A stretch of 64,000 nt of DNA from assembly GCF_009914755.1 (NCBI RefSeq), contig NC_060934.1; one strand, 5' to 3'. The DNA comes from the human T2T-CHM13v2.0 reference genome, Homo sapiens. The position numbers were made by a program, and so were the translations under genes. Position 1 is the stretch's first letter, and each line of letters starts with the position of its first letter. This document shows positions 29,731 through 44,830 of the stretch, piece by piece. The notes beneath the pieces were generated by a model. That model had not been told where the DNA came from and searched no databases. It worked only from the letters and a program-made list of their open reading frames with translations.

Positions 29731-32169
29731 AACCACACAGGCAAAATCCCTTTATGGAATTCCTCAATTCTATCCTATGAAGAAAGAGCAATTACCACTC
29801 AGAAATGTGATTGTTTTCCAGGTACACAGATAAACCTGTCACCAGGAGCCCTTGGGTGTTGTCTGATCATGCACTGAACTGAGTAAACATTTTAGAAAAT
29901 TCATTTGCTGCTGTGCAAGTCAGAAGATAATGGTAGCTGCAACTTAGTTTCAGAAAGATTCAGATGAACAATCTTAGTAGTGTGGGAGAGATCTTTCCAT
30001 TCACTTACGTTTTGCTGTAAATTGGGAAAACACCACCAATATTTGGTCTTAGAGTGGAACATTTCTGTCAGATTCTGGATGTTCTAAATGTGTACTGTTT
30101 AGAGCCACAAGGATGTAGAGTGCTTAACGGGCTTTACTGCTGCAATCACCTGCTCTAACTGGTAATTAAGATATAAGTCAAGAGCTTATGTGTCTGCTTC
30201 ACCCACAAATGTGAGGTTCCTATTTCTGCAGCAATTCTTATTCATGCCAACCCAATACCCTGAGAGGCATGTTAAATTTTATTTGCCTTGCCATTCTACG
30301 CTTATCCTCCCTCCCACATCTCTTTCTCAAAAAGCCAGTGGAAGCTGAAGGCTAGGAAAATTCATGCCCCTGGCCTGGGCATCTGCTACCATTCATTCTC
30401 TACAGCCCTTATGCCTAGCCCACAGTGAGTCCCATATAGCAGAGAAGAAGGAAACTGGTGACCATTTTGTGTGCTATAAGTAAATGATATTTGAAAGAGT
30501 TCACATTATTAACACAATCTCAAATAGTCCTGGTTAACAGAGATGCCCCTAATGGTAGACTGATAAACAACAAAGATGGAAACATGAGATTTAAGGTAGG
30601 AGAAAAACGAATAGAAACTGCCTTCCTCTCCCAATTCTCTGCCACCCCCTCTGTCAAGCTTTGGGATTAACTTGGACACCCATCTACCATGAGCAGAAGG
30701 GGACGGTGGCTCATGGATGCTGAGAACTTGTGCCGTTCAAGGCATGAGGACAAACCTCAGCACTGAATGAACATATGAACAGTGATACCATGTGCCCCCT
30801 GTACCATCAAAAGAGAAGACCTTAAATTACAAAACACATTCCCCAACCTCTCCCTCATTTGGAATTCACCACAACCCAGGGAGGTAGGCTGCATCCTTGC
30901 TCATTGTTGACAAATAAACTAAGTTCAGAAAGATTTAGTGGGTTCCTCAAGGTCACACAGCCATAAAGAGGCCAAGCCAGAACTCAGAGCCACTTCTCAC
31001 TCCAAGTCCAGAATTCTGGCCATGATCCAAGCCACCTGTCAATTTTATAACTACAACGCCAGAACACACAGCACTCTTGACCCACTAAATCCATAAGGAA
31101 GTAACATCAGGGGAGATAAGCTGAAGAAATCTCATTATTTTATGTCACTGAAGTCCATAAGAGAAGCAGATGCTTCTACTAGGAGCTTTTGTGCTTGAAA
31201 ACAGTTGTCTTGATTTAGCTTTACAGACCATATCCTATCCCAGCCCTTTCTGCCTCCCTCTTTTGAAATTGCTTTCTCACTGAGCCTCTATAACCAATGG
31301 CTTAGTCTTCAGCAGCACTGAGGGAGAAAGAAGGATGATAATCACCTTTTTAAAGGAGAGCAGAGACAAGAAACAGAAAAGAGACTAAAGTATGTGAGAA
31401 AAAAGTTTCAAGAGTACCATCTATTGCAGCTGAATAAATTATGCTCCAAGGAGCAGACTCTCCCTACTAAGAAACTGGAAGTAAAGCTTAGTGAATTGAA
31501 TAGACTAAATCTGACATGTCCAAATTTTAGTGGCAAATCAGGCGTCTGATTTTCCTGTAGATAAATTAGTGGAGAAATCAATCTATATGGAATCATAGCA
31601 TTCATTCTGAAGGTTACAAAAATATACAAATGAGTGTCTCCATTGTTGGCTTACTCCATTGTACAATCTTCTTTGTATACTAGAATGTTTAAGTATGGAA
31701 TGAATTCACTATACACTCCTGGAAGGCTCACATGACTGGAATTCTGTTGACACCTCTGCTGGCAGAGGAGCGGCTTCTGGGAGTGGATGTTGGCCTTGCT
31801 TCCCAGCTGTTCTCATTTTGCCTCCGCCAGAGGGAGATGGGAACAGCTGATGGCTTCACCCCCAAAGCTCAGCTTGGCCCCATCATTAGCACATCTCACC
31901 CCTGCAGCTGCCAAGGCCAAGACTAACATGCCAGCAGGAAAGCAGCTGACTGACTTTTCTGACTGAGTGTTTGGAGTACTGGAAGTTGAGAATCAAGCTG
32001 CCAAGCGGGTTCAACTTATTTTCTGTACATTTTTATGATCCACTCGCTCTAGAGGCCATGAAATGAGGGTGTCTGTTCTTCTCAACACTGTATCCCCAGT
32101 TCCTGGCACAAATCTGGGATTACAATAGGCAGCCAACAAATGTGTTGACTAAAAGACCCAAAGAATCAT

Positions 32170-33730
32170 TATCAGAGATGTCTAGTTCTGAAAACACAGT
32201 GGACTGAGTTGACACAGCTAGAAAGCCTTTCTACTACAAACACAGAAAAATGTTAAATAAAATGTGACAACCTACATAACTGAACTAGAAAGAAGGGAAA
32301 GGAAATTATCAGGGAATTAAGGAATTCCTAGCCAGAGCATCCACCCACTGCCAAAGTCATGGAATCCCAAAGGCCTGGCAGACATAGGACTTCAGCCTGG
32401 AAACCATGAGTTCAGTAACAGGAGGTATGATCTTGAACACACAAGTCAGAGAACTCTAGCTAGATCCTTGAATAAAACCAAGCCCAGACAGGCTGCCCTT
32501 CCCAAGTCACCAGGGCTAGAAAACCTCTACCAAATGCCACAGGGAAACTTCAAAGTGACATGTCTCCCCAGAGATCTGGTGAGGGTTAGGGAGTTTCGCA
32601 AGAGAAATAGAAACTTCAAGCCTTTGCCACATGGGTATGGAGACCAAAATTAGAATAGCCATGTGGTGTAAAATTCCCACAATAACTGGGCTTAGACAAG
32701 GGAAATCCCTGAGGCATCTGTCATGAGTAAACAGACTCTGCTCCACAGGAACTCTTCTAATCCAGGGTACATAGGACTCCCATGGAGAGGGTAGCAGTGG
32801 AGGGAAAAAAGCTGAAAATGAACTCACAATTTAAAATTGCAAGGCATTGGAAGAGATAATCCACAGTAATACAGAATCAGCATCCTAAGAACTTTAAATA
32901 ATAACCTGAAATGGATAACAATATATAAATCCCAAATTATTAAAGACATGTAAGAATACAAAGAAAAGATAATAAAAGATAATTTTAAAATATTACATTT
33001 TAAGAAGATCAGGCAAGTTTGAAAAAGAGCAAAACAAAGCTTCCATACGTGAAAAAGTAAAGATATTGAAAAATGTGAAGTCAATAGACAGTTTAAACAG
33101 CATTTAGACACAGCTCAAGAGAGAATTGGTAAACTGAAATTTAGACTTGTAGACATCACCCAGAATATAAAGCAAAGAGTGATAAAGAGATGAAGAGAAG
33201 CTAAAAACAGGAGGACTGAATTATAAGGCCCAACTACATATAACAAAAGTTCCAAAGGAAGTGATGAAGCAAAAACGGCAAGGCAGTAATTAAAGAGATG
33301 CTTGCTACATTTTTTTAAATAATTGATTGGATTCAAGAAGCACCACAAGGCCAGAAATACACAAATTTAATATAAAACCATATAAAAACACACGAATAAA
33401 ATACAGAACTACACATACACAAACACACACACTCCACCACCACCACCAAAGAACTACCTTAAAAGTAACCAGAGAAAAAGGCAGGTTTAGTGCAAAGGCA
33501 CAGTCATTAAATGAAAGACTCCTTAACAACAACAGGAGACGCAAGGATACAACAGGTAATATCTGCTAAAAGAAAAAAATCGCCAACCTCTGGTTTGGTT
33601 ATCCATACATACCTAGACTAACATTCATGAAAAAGAAAAACATTTTCCAGGCAAACAAATATAGGGAATTTGCTACTCAGAGACCTTCAATGAAGACTAC
33701 TTCAATAAGAAGCGACTGGATCCAGAAGTG
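32170..33730 (+). mobile_element. Ancient L1/HAL1 5'-ORF1 remnant
   Basis: Decayed ORF1-like text ttagacacagctcaagagagaattggtaaactgaa...atcacccagaat. Boundaries approximate. Confidence 0.55.
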
Positions 33731-33756
33731 GAAGTGGTTTGCAAGAAGCCATGGTT

Positions 33757-33805
33757 AAAAAAAAAAAAAGAAAGAAAGAAAGAAAAAGAAAGGAAAGAAA
33801 GGAAA
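33757..33805. repeat. A/(GAAA)n purine tract
   Basis: aaaaaaaaaaaaagaaagaaagaaagaaaaagaaaggaaagaaaggaaa read directly. Confidence 0.9.
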
Positions 33806-34236
33806 CTAGTTGCATTGGATAAATCAGCATAAGCCTGGACTGCTCAGCACAGAACAAAGCCTAGTATTTCCCCACTATCTTTTTTGATGAGAGATGGGTT
33901 TCAAAATGGCAGAACTAAAATTCTAGACAATAATAAAAAAACAGGAGGCACAATGAAGGGCACTAAACCATGGTTAGCTTGTAATTGTTTGGGAGGAGGC
34001 CAAAGTTACTGACTACCTTTGGACTCTGTGTCTGAAATGCAAATGTTAAAAATTTAATGGTACTACTAAAACTGTGGAAACAGAATATGTAACCTCTAAA
34101 TTAACAGAACTGGGAAAGAGTAGGTATAAATAATCCTACAACAATAGAAGAAAGAAAAGAAAGGTGTAAAGATAGCAAAAGTTAGTTATTTTCATTAAAG
34201 TTAAAAAAAAAAAAAAACAAGGAGACTAGCAATCAC

Positions 34237-34552
34237 TTCTTCTTCTTCTTTTTTTTTTTCTTTCTTTTTTGAGACAGGGTCAGGGTCTCACTGTGTCTCC
34301 CAGGCTGGAGTGCAGTGCAAGATCACAGCAGCCTCGACCTCCTGGGCTCAAGCAATCCTCCCACCTTAGCCTCCCTGCGTAGCTGGGACTACAGGTGCAT
34401 GCCACATATATGACTTTTTTTTTTTTGTAGAAATGGGGTGTCCTTATGTTGCTCAGGCTGGTCTCAAATTTCTGGGCTCAAGTAATCCCCCCTCCCCACC
34501 CCCCAGCCTCTCAAAGTGCTGAGATTACAGGTATGAGTCACTGGGCCTGGCT
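34237..34552 (-). mobile_element. AluJ
   Basis: (TTC)/T tail, then gagacagggtc...ctcctgggctcaagcaatcc (J-type diagnostics). Confidence 0.9.
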
Positions 34553-35519
34553 AATCCTTTTGTTTATCATTGTAATGGATATGCTACCCAATGAAACAAG
34601 AAAAATAAAGGAAGTAGAATGAATAAGGAATGTATAGGAAAAAACAAAACTTACCCTTTCAGGTGATTATTCTCTTAGAATTTCTATGACGTCAATCTAC
34701 AGACAAACTATTAGAATAAAAATTGAGCAAACACCTACCTATGATTTGAATCATCAGGATTAAAAAAAAATTGAGCAAGATTTCTGAATTCAAAGTCAAC
34801 CTACAAAAATAAGTAACATTCATATACACTGAAAAGAAAACATCAATTACAACTTTCAATAAGGAAATGACTCCACAGATAAAACAAGAACAGCCATGAA
34901 CTGGCACTTGTTGAAACTGAGTGATAGAAACACAGGTATTGATTGCAGTCTGTCTACTTATGTGTATGTTTAAAAATTTCATATTAAAAAGTTAAAATCT
35001 TTTAAAAATAGTGATACCATCTAAAGTGACAATAAATCTATTAGGTACTTAGGATATCTAGAAATATATCTTACAAAGATGCACAAGAACATTGAAGAGA
35101 ATATTATTGAAAACTTATTGAATAGCATTAAAGGGAACAAATAAATAGAGAAATCACCACATTCATGATGGGAAGCCTTGATGTCACGAGGATGTCAATT
35201 CTCCCCTAAATTAGCCTACAAGTCCCCATACAGTATTTTGCAGAACTTAGCAAGAAGATTCTGAAGTTCATATGGAAACACTAAAGTTTCAGGGCTAGTC
35301 AAGATAACTTTAAAAGGAGAGGAGGGGAGAAGGAAAGGAGACATTAAACTTTATACTTTATTGAATACTTAGCATGGTCTGAGCACTGTTCAAAGCACTG
35401 TATATGTATTCTTTCATTTCACCTGCACTACGGCCCTGTGGAGGTAGATATGATCTTTATCACCATTTCATCAAGGGAAAATGGGGAAAGAAAAAGATTA
35501 CATAGTTTGTTCAAGGTTT

Positions 35520-35630
35520 GGGGTGAGCAACGATCCCAATTTGCCTGGCACTGAGAGGTTTCCTGTGATGTGTCATCTTCAGTGCTAAACCTAGGAAAGT
35601 CTGGGCACACAGGATGGTTAGTTACTTTCT
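35520..35630. mobile_element. MER81-like hAT-Blackjack MITE inserted in a MIR
   Basis: gggtgagcaacgatcccaatttgcc...ttcagtgctaaac...gggcacacaggatggttagttac, with MIR sequence on both sides (35350-35720). Confidence 0.65.
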
Positions 35631-35725
35631 CAACATCACATGTCAGGAGCCAGGTGGCAGAGCTGATCTGCAAACTCCAGCAAGCTGGCTTCAGTGTCTG
35701 CCCTCTGCACCACCACATACCAACT

Positions 35726-36160
35726 CTATTAGTCAGGGTTCTCTAGAGGGACAGAACTAATAGAGAGGTATATAAAGGGGAGTTTATTAAGGAGTATTAA
35801 CTCACATGATCACAAAGTCCCACAATAGGCTGTCTGCAAGCTGAGGAGCAAGGAAGCCCGTCTGAGTCCCAAAGCTGAAGAGCCTGGAGTCCGATGTTCA
35901 AGGGAAAGAAGCATCCAGCACAGGAGAAAAATGTAGGCTGGGAGGCTAAGTCAGTCTAGTCTTTTCACATTTTTTTTTTCTGCCTGCTTTATGTTCTGGC
36001 CATGCTGGTAGCTGATTAGATGAAGCCCATCCAGATTAAGGGTGAGTCTGCCTTTCCCGGCCCACTGACTCAAATGTTAATCTCCTTTGGCAACACCCTC
36101 ACAGATACACCCAGGATCAATACTTTGCATCCTTCAATCCAATCAAGCTTAACCATCACG
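35726..36160 (-). mobile_element. MLT2A (ERVL) LTR
   Basis: tattagtcagggttctctagagggacagaac...gcatccttcaatccaatcaag...aaccatcac. Confidence 0.9.
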
Positions 36161-37571
36161 CCAACCAATCTAAACACTGAAGGCTTATTGTGAAGTACGG
36201 GATACTGAGAACAATATGATGCTGGAACGGAGGTAAATAGAACAGTAGGACAAAGAACCCAGAAGCATATCTGTGTGTGCTTGCTGGTTATCAGAAGTGG
36301 AAAAGGATTCAACAAATGTTACTAGAGCAATTGGTTTTCCAGATGGGGGGAAACAGACATGGATCTCATACAAGAAATAAAAATTAAATTCCAGTTATTC
36401 TAAAAGCGAAAAGCAAAAATTTTAAATTTAGAAGAAATTATCAACATTTATTTCGGAGCTCAGGAAAGAGAGGAGGATTGTTTAAACTAAACTTAAAAAG
36501 AAACATGAGTAAATAAAGATAAATAATTCAAAGAAGAAATACGAAGAACATATAAACACATAAGAATCTTAGAGTCTTTAGTAATGAGAAAAATGCCAAT
36601 TAAAACAATGAAATATTTAACATCCAGCTTGGCAACATTTAAAAAGCCTGAAATTACCAAGTATTAACAACCACATAGGTAACCAGAGCTCTCCAATAAG
36701 TAGGCACATAAATTGGTACAACCAATTTGGAAAGCAACTTAACAAAATACGTTACAGTAAAAAATTTGTGTACTCTACAGCTTAGTAATTCACTTGTAAT
36801 AGGTTCCCTAGAGCTTACACCCATACCTAAGATAGCAAGGATCCTCTCACCATTGCAATATCAAAAAGTTGGGGAAAACATATTTATTATCAACAGAGGA
36901 GTACACAAATTATGATTTAGTCATTCAATTAAAAGGAATGAACCAAGCACATATATGAATAAGTCTAAAATATATATTGATTTTTTAAAAAGTTGCAGAA
37001 GGTTGTCATATATAGTAGGGTACCATTTACTTAACAGTTAAATACATGAAGAGTATCAGATATTGATTAGGGGTATGTGTGTGTGTACACACACACGAAC
37101 CAACCAACTTCACAGTAGTATAGCCTCTGCAAAAGGAAGACTGAGATAAAATAGTCTGAATGGGTGGGGAGAAAAGGTATGGCTATAAATATATCTTTAA
37201 CATTTTACATCTTTAAATGTTGAAAGTTCTGAAGTACATATAGTAGAATCTGGCTGGCAAAAATATGGGTGTATAACTTATTCTATGTCCATTTTTCAAC
37301 TTTAAAATTGTCATATTTTAGAAATGAATGATGGGGCCAGATTTCTTTTTCAATCATCTTTTATATGATATTCTCAAATTATACTGAAATTGGCTGAAAT
37401 AATGATTTTAGCTTAAAAGTTTTACTTAGTATGCTTAATTTCAGGAATGTACCTTTCCATAGGCGGACAACAGCTGCATTTTGAGGTATAATGTAGACCC
37501 TAAATCCTAATGCAGGCTCTGAAGAACACTACCAACAACAACAAAAAACCCAGGATGAAAACAAAACCAAA

Positions 37572-38203
37572 ATAGGAAGGCTTTTACACTGTTGGTGGGA
37601 GTGTAAATTAGTTCAACCATTGTGGAAGACAGTGTGGTGATTTCTCAAGGATCTAGAACTAGAAATACCATTTGACCCAGCAATCCCATTACTGGGTATA
37701 TACCCAAAGGATTATAAATCATTCCACTATAAAGACACATGCACACATATGTTTATTGCAGCACTATTCACAATAACAAATACTTGGAACCAATCCAAAT
37801 GTCCATCAATAACAGACTGGATAAAGAAAATGTGGCACTTATACACCACGGAATACTATGCAGCCATGAAAAAGGATGAGTTCATGTCCTTTGCAGGGAC
37901 ATGGATGAAGCTGGAAACCATCATTTTCAGCAAACTATCAGAAGAACAGAAAACCAAACACCGCATGTTCTCACCCATAAGTGGGAGTTGAACAATGAGA
38001 ACACATGGACATAGGGAGGGGAACATCACACACTGGGGTGCCTGTCAGGGGGATGGGGAGCTAGGGGAGGGATAACATTAGGAGAAATACCTAATGTAGA
38101 TGACGGGTTGATGGGTGCAGCAAACCACCATGGCACCTGTATACCTATGTAACAAAACTGCACGTTCTGCCATGTACCCCAAAACTTAAAGTATATTAAA
38201 AAA
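37572..38203 (+). mobile_element. L1PA7-like 3' fragment
   Basis: ORF2 C-terminus (MFIAALFTITNTWNQSKCPS...), 3'UTR and A tail. Confidence 0.92.
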
Positions 38204-39859
38204 AGTTGCTCATATATCTAGGCAATCCTTCATGTACTCCCAGTATTTCAATTTTTTTTTTTAAAGCAAGACTAGATTCTCAGATCACATTCAGATTCAA
38301 GTGAGCATATCTCTCACAAGCAATGTCTCCATCCTATCCTGGCTTTAATTACAAACATAGCAACACATAATACAAGGAATCTTTTGGCCAAATTGCAGAC
38401 CAGTGCTCACCATGCCTGCTAGGGGAAGACATGTCAAGGTGTTTCAACATTTCTAAGAATGGATCATCTAAACTGATTAAGCAGTTCAAGGCTTCCAGGA
38501 GTAGGTAAACAGACAGAAAACGTTATCCAATGAAGCTGTCCAATTTTTTAAATAGTTGCCAAGAAGCTGAGCTCTTAATGTAGCCTTGGAATGACATAAA
38601 AGCTTAAAGGATGAAAAATATCAATATGATGCTGAATTACTCGGCTTTTCCATCCCATCTATCAACTGGAGGCAAGGTATATTGGGCATTCAACAAAGCA
38701 CAAAAGAAACACGGTGAAAAATGGGCTGGAGAAAGTATGAAGATTGAAATGGCAGCCTGTGAGAAAGTGTAATATTCAATGTGCACATTTCAATTGGCAA
38801 ATAATGTTCATTTGAACTGCATTACCGTTCTGCTGAGATCCAAGCTAATTACAATCTCACTGCTATAGTTATGGCAAAGATAGGTTATGAACTGTTTGCC
38901 ACAGCTAGGTTAAGATCCAGTCTCCAGCGTGAGGTAGACTAGATTGCCTTGCCTCTGACACTGCTGATCTCACTATCTGAGGCTATCATTTCCTTTTCTG
39001 TAGAATGAGGGTACTAACAGGAACAACAAGATTCTTTCAGCAGAATTGCAGGAGATAGTGCACGCAAAGACCTGCGCACCGCTCCTGGCACTGACGCACT
39101 CGACAAACTCCTTTTTAAGTAACAATGTGCTGGTATGACAATTTTAGGTTTAAAAAAATACTAACCAAACATATGAAGAAACAACTATGAAAAATGCACA
39201 GCAACTACTCTCAAAAACATTGTCTAGATTATACCAATTTCACTTCTCCAGCCCAGAGACCTGACAATTAAAGAGCATGGACATACTCCAGAGCTGCTTC
39301 ATATAGCTCCCTGTGGGCACACAGCCAAAGGGTTGTAGGGCTTAGCCATTTGGTACAGAAGAAACATCTGAAAATTCTACACCTGTCTTTGTAAATCATG
39401 GACGCTGCAGAAACCATTTAGCTTAAGGAGGCCTCTGAAACACACTCTGATACAAAATTTTTTTTCTGCAACTCTGATGAGTTCATTACAGCATCATCTA
39501 CACCAGGAAGGAATGTGCTTAGCTTCTTTAAATGATGTAGCTACATTCCTTAAGAAAAATTTCGTTACAGTTTCCACAGCTGCAACATTTATCTAATTAG
39601 GTATATGTTGACTTTGAGTTTTTATAGATTTTGAAAAGAAAGTTTTGAAACATTTAAAAATGAGTTTAATTTTTGTTTCCACAAGGAAGGAGTTAGAAAG
39701 TGCCAAATGACAAGTGAGAGAAAGAAAATACATCTATATGTCGAGCATGGTAATCAAAGCCTTGGCTAAATTCTAAATGTACATGGCGGAGTCACAGGTG
39801 TTTATCTGTATGCCCTCCTGAAACCCTGCCATAAGGGAATAATTGTAATAACAATAATA

Positions 39860-40491
<632 letters not shown>

Positions 40492-41451
40492 CAATAATAA
40501 TAATTAAAACACAAAGCAGCAAAGCTTTGGAAGATGGAAAGGGGATGGACAAGTTGTTACCTATTTAGCAGGGAAGAGAGAATGGGAACTTATGACCTGG
40601 AAAGGAGGGCAGCCATCAGAAGGTGGGATGGATAAGCAGAACCCTGGAAAGGTTTGGGAACAGGGGGCACTGGGCACTGGAACAGGGGGCACTGTATGGG
40701 CCAAGGCCAATACAGGCTGAGGCTGAAAACCTGTATAAGGAGAAGATAGAGCCCTAGATCCCCTGCAAAGCCAACACAGCTAGGTGTTGCCTGTCCTACT
40801 CCGACCAACATGGGAGGTGTATTTCCTGAAGACACTGAAGTAGAGAAGTTCTGTACATAAGGACTCCCAGGAATCGTGAAGGTGGGTTAGCAAAGTGCTA
40901 AACGGAAAACAAAAGGATTAAGTTTAAACAATACAAGCATACTTAACGGCAACACTATCTTCTTTTCCCCTGCTCAGTTCACAGGCCCTAGAGCCAGGCT
41001 TAAATTGCCAGAGTGAAATCGCCTTGGCAGGAAGCTGAAGGATTCTTCCTTGGAGAAATTGACCAGCCTAAGAAAAATAGAGTCTGTGATATGTGGACGT
41101 CTCTCAGCAAAATGAATGTTCATCAGTCAGTAAATCCATCTGTGGAAGTACACAGAACTTCTAATCAGCTCTTTAATGCCCCGTTATTAAATATCAACAG
41201 AGAGCCAAAAATCAGACATTTGAAGAAAGTCAGACAGATATTAAACAAATGGGGGGGAAAGAGAATCTCAAAGCTAACAATGAGAAAGAGGTGAACAAAA
41301 AATGTTTAACAAGTAATGACTAACACATTCAGAGTTAATAGCAATTTTACATCCATTACAAAAAAGAAGAGGACACTATAATAAGAATAAAAGAACATTC
41401 ATTGCACAAGAAACCTCTTGGAAATTAAATGTGGTAGGATAAAATTTAAAA

Positions 41452-41796
<345 letters not shown>

Positions 41797-42329
41797 TGAA
41801 ATTAAATAACTGTCCCAGAAAGTAGAACAAAAATGTAAAGGGATGAAAAATAGATAAGAAAATTAAAGGATGTTTTCAGGAGGCTGGGACATTCAGCTAA
41901 TAGCAGTTTCAGAAAAGCTGTGGTAAAAACAGTGAGGAAGAAATAATTGAAGAACGAATATAAGAAAGTATACTAAAACTTGACAACATGAATATTCAAA
42001 CTGAAGGGGCCCACTGAGTTCCTAACAATTACTGATAAGAGCATTGCTAAAGCACATAATCATAAAACGCAAAAATACTAGTGACAACGAAAAAAGATAA
42101 TCACTTCCAAAAAGAAAAAAAGACTACATTTAAAGGTTTGACAAGCAGAATACCATCAACTTCTCAAGCAGTAATGGCCATAGAGACATTGAAGAAATGC
42201 CTTATAAAATACTGAGAAAATATGATTTCTTTCTTGGAATTTTATACCTAAACAAACTAGCAATCAAGGGTGGAATGAATGAATGTGTGTTTATCTATAT
42301 ATTTTATACAAGGTATGCCAGAGACACAT

Positions 42330-42825
42330 TCCAACCTTTGTTTTTACTCACAGAACTGTTTTGTTTGAAGCAGCAATGTACATAGTTAAAAATATTTACT
42401 TTTCTAGTATTCTGTACAAGCTAGCAGGGGCCCTGGGTCACAGTCTAGCCAATGATATCTAAGACAAAATCTACTACAAACGCTTATGGAAATATTATTT
42501 TCCTGATGAAAATAGATTTGACTGGTTCTGCCTTTTGTCCTTTCTGCTGTATTACTGCCTGGAATGCAGATATGATGCCAAGAGGTACAGCAGCTATCAT
42601 GAGACCATGAGGAAGTAAGCATAAAGGCAAAAGTCAACATCTACGTATCGCAGATAGAAATAAAAGAAAGTGCTTGGGTCCCCGATCACATCACTGACCT
42701 GACACACCAGTTACACCAGCCACCAAAATACTTACTTTGCAACTGCTTGTAAAGAATACGAGCTTGTAAAAATTGCTGCTGTCATGTTTTTTTGTTATTT
42801 GCAGCTGAAAGCATCCCTGACATAT
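42330..42825 (+). mobile_element. Old MLT1 LTR
   Basis: End motif tgttatttgcagctgaaagcatccctgaca. Approximate. Confidence 0.55.
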
Positions 42826-43191
42826 TCACAAGTTATCAAAAAAGGTTGTATCTTCCCAACACCCATCCTCAGGAAGTTACTGGAAAACGTGCTCCACAGA
42901 AATGAGGAATGAACTAAGAAAAATTTACAGTGCTCAGAATACAGATGATTCAACACAGGAAGGATGCAAGAGGAATTCTTAGCGTCTTGGTAATAAGGGT
43001 AGTCCTGAGATAACAGCTGTAATGTATGCCTAAAAAGTAACCCGTGAGTCACATTGGAACAGGAGGATGAGGGGCTCTAGGAAAGATGACATCAGGAAAA
43101 AAAAAATCATGGCTAGACTACCTGATGTGTTGGATCATATTGAAAGGAGGTTGATAGTTCTCCCAGAAAGTGTGGAAGTAAAATAGAGGTT

Positions 43192-44007
43192 GCGTAAGGG
43201 ATGGGAAAAACCAAAAACCAAGTATTCTCCCTACTCTCACTCTCAGTACCGAATGTTTCACCTCTGGTCACCCAAATGTGTGGGAGTTTCTCCCCACCAA
43301 CCACCAGTTCTTCAGTAGAGATCAACTGGGAGTCCTACAATTTAACTCTATTCTGACTCTATCTACCTGGAGAAAGCATCAGATCACACAGGTTAAGGGC
43401 TCAGTCCCACAAGACTTCCCCCCAATGTCAGATGCCAATCACAAGTAGTAGGTTGTCACACCTATACTTCTGACCAACTAGCTATAAGTTGGGGGTCCAC
43501 AACCCCCTTCTCAGGTTCAGTTAATTTGCTAGGTAAGCTCACAGAACCACAGAAAACACTTGCTTATATTTACCAGTTTATTATATTAATGAAGGATGTA
43601 ATTAGGGACACAGATGAAAAACAGTTGGAAGAGATGCAAAGGGCAGAGAATGTGGAAAGGGATACAGAGCTTCTGTGTCCTCTCTAGATACGCCACCCTC
43701 CAGGAACTTTGATTTGCTCAGCAATCTGGAAATTCTACAAACCTTGTCCTTTGGGGGGTTTATGGAGGCCTAATTACACAGCCATGATTAATTACACCAT
43801 TGGCGATCAAGTCAACCTTCAATCCGTCTCCCCTCCCTGGAGGTTGCAAGGGAGGTGGCACTAAAAGTCCCAACTCTAATCATGCCTTAACAAGCTCATT
43901 AGCATACAAAAGACACTCTTAATACCCCAGAGATTCCAAGGATTTTAGGAGTTCTGTGCCAGGAACCAGGGGCAGAGACATATTTCTTATTATATCACAA
44001 TATCACA
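43192..44007 (-). mobile_element. MER21-family LTR
   Basis: Terminus tttcttattatatcacaatatcaca is the reverse complement of the MER21 start. Internal gcatcagatcacacaggttaagggctcagtcccacaagac. Confidence 0.85.
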
Positions 44008-44199
44008 GCTTGGTGCACAGAAAATAAAACAAACAAAAATCAAGACAAGGCAATCATTAACTCTAGGAAAAGCAAAAAGTTACAAGAGGGATGAAATGCC
44101 ATAAAACACTGCACGGCAAAACAGTGAAAAGTATTTGCAAAGTCTTCTTAGTGCAAACATTGAATTTTTTTTTAATGATGGCACTACTATATTGGGTAG

Positions 44200-44830
44200 T
44201 TGAAAAGAAGAGAAGGCAGTGTGTCTGGAGTAGGGTGAGCAAAGGGAGAATGGTAAGAAAGGAGATCAGAAAGGAAAACAGGAATTAGGTCATGCTGAGG
44301 TTTGGATTTTCTTTCCTAAGGGTGCTAGAGAGCCACTGGGGAGTTTTAGACAGGAAACTTGAATGCTCTAACTCATGTTTGAAAATAATAACTTTGGCTC
44401 TATTGTGGAGGAAAATATACCATGCAGGGATAAGGTGAAAAGCCAGTAGGCCCGTTGGGTAAGAGGGATAAGAGGCTTCTGCAGAAGAGATTTTTCCTAT
44501 AATGTGGCCTGGACTGGGAAAGGCACACTTCGGGATGTAAGGAAGTGGGTAGGTGGGAATATACTTAGGAGGTTGGTGGCTTACGGAGTAAAAAGGGGGA
44601 CACAGGGATGACTTCCTGCATGTCAGCACAAGGCATGTGGAGAAGGCAGAGGAGGTTGTTACTGGGTTCAGGAAGGCTGGGGAGGGAATGATTTGCAACT
44701 AGAGAGTCTGGGATCTAGGGTTCTGTTTTGGACTTGTTAGGCCGAGTTGCCCCAGAAAGTACCAAGTAGGCAACTGTGCCAGGGCTCAGGGTACAGACAA
44801 GGCTAGGGAGAAACTCAGAATATGCTCAGA
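44200..44830 (-). mobile_element. L2 fragment
   Basis: Purine-rich L2-antisense text (gagccactggggagttttagacagg, ttctgttttggacttgtta). Confidence 0.6.
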
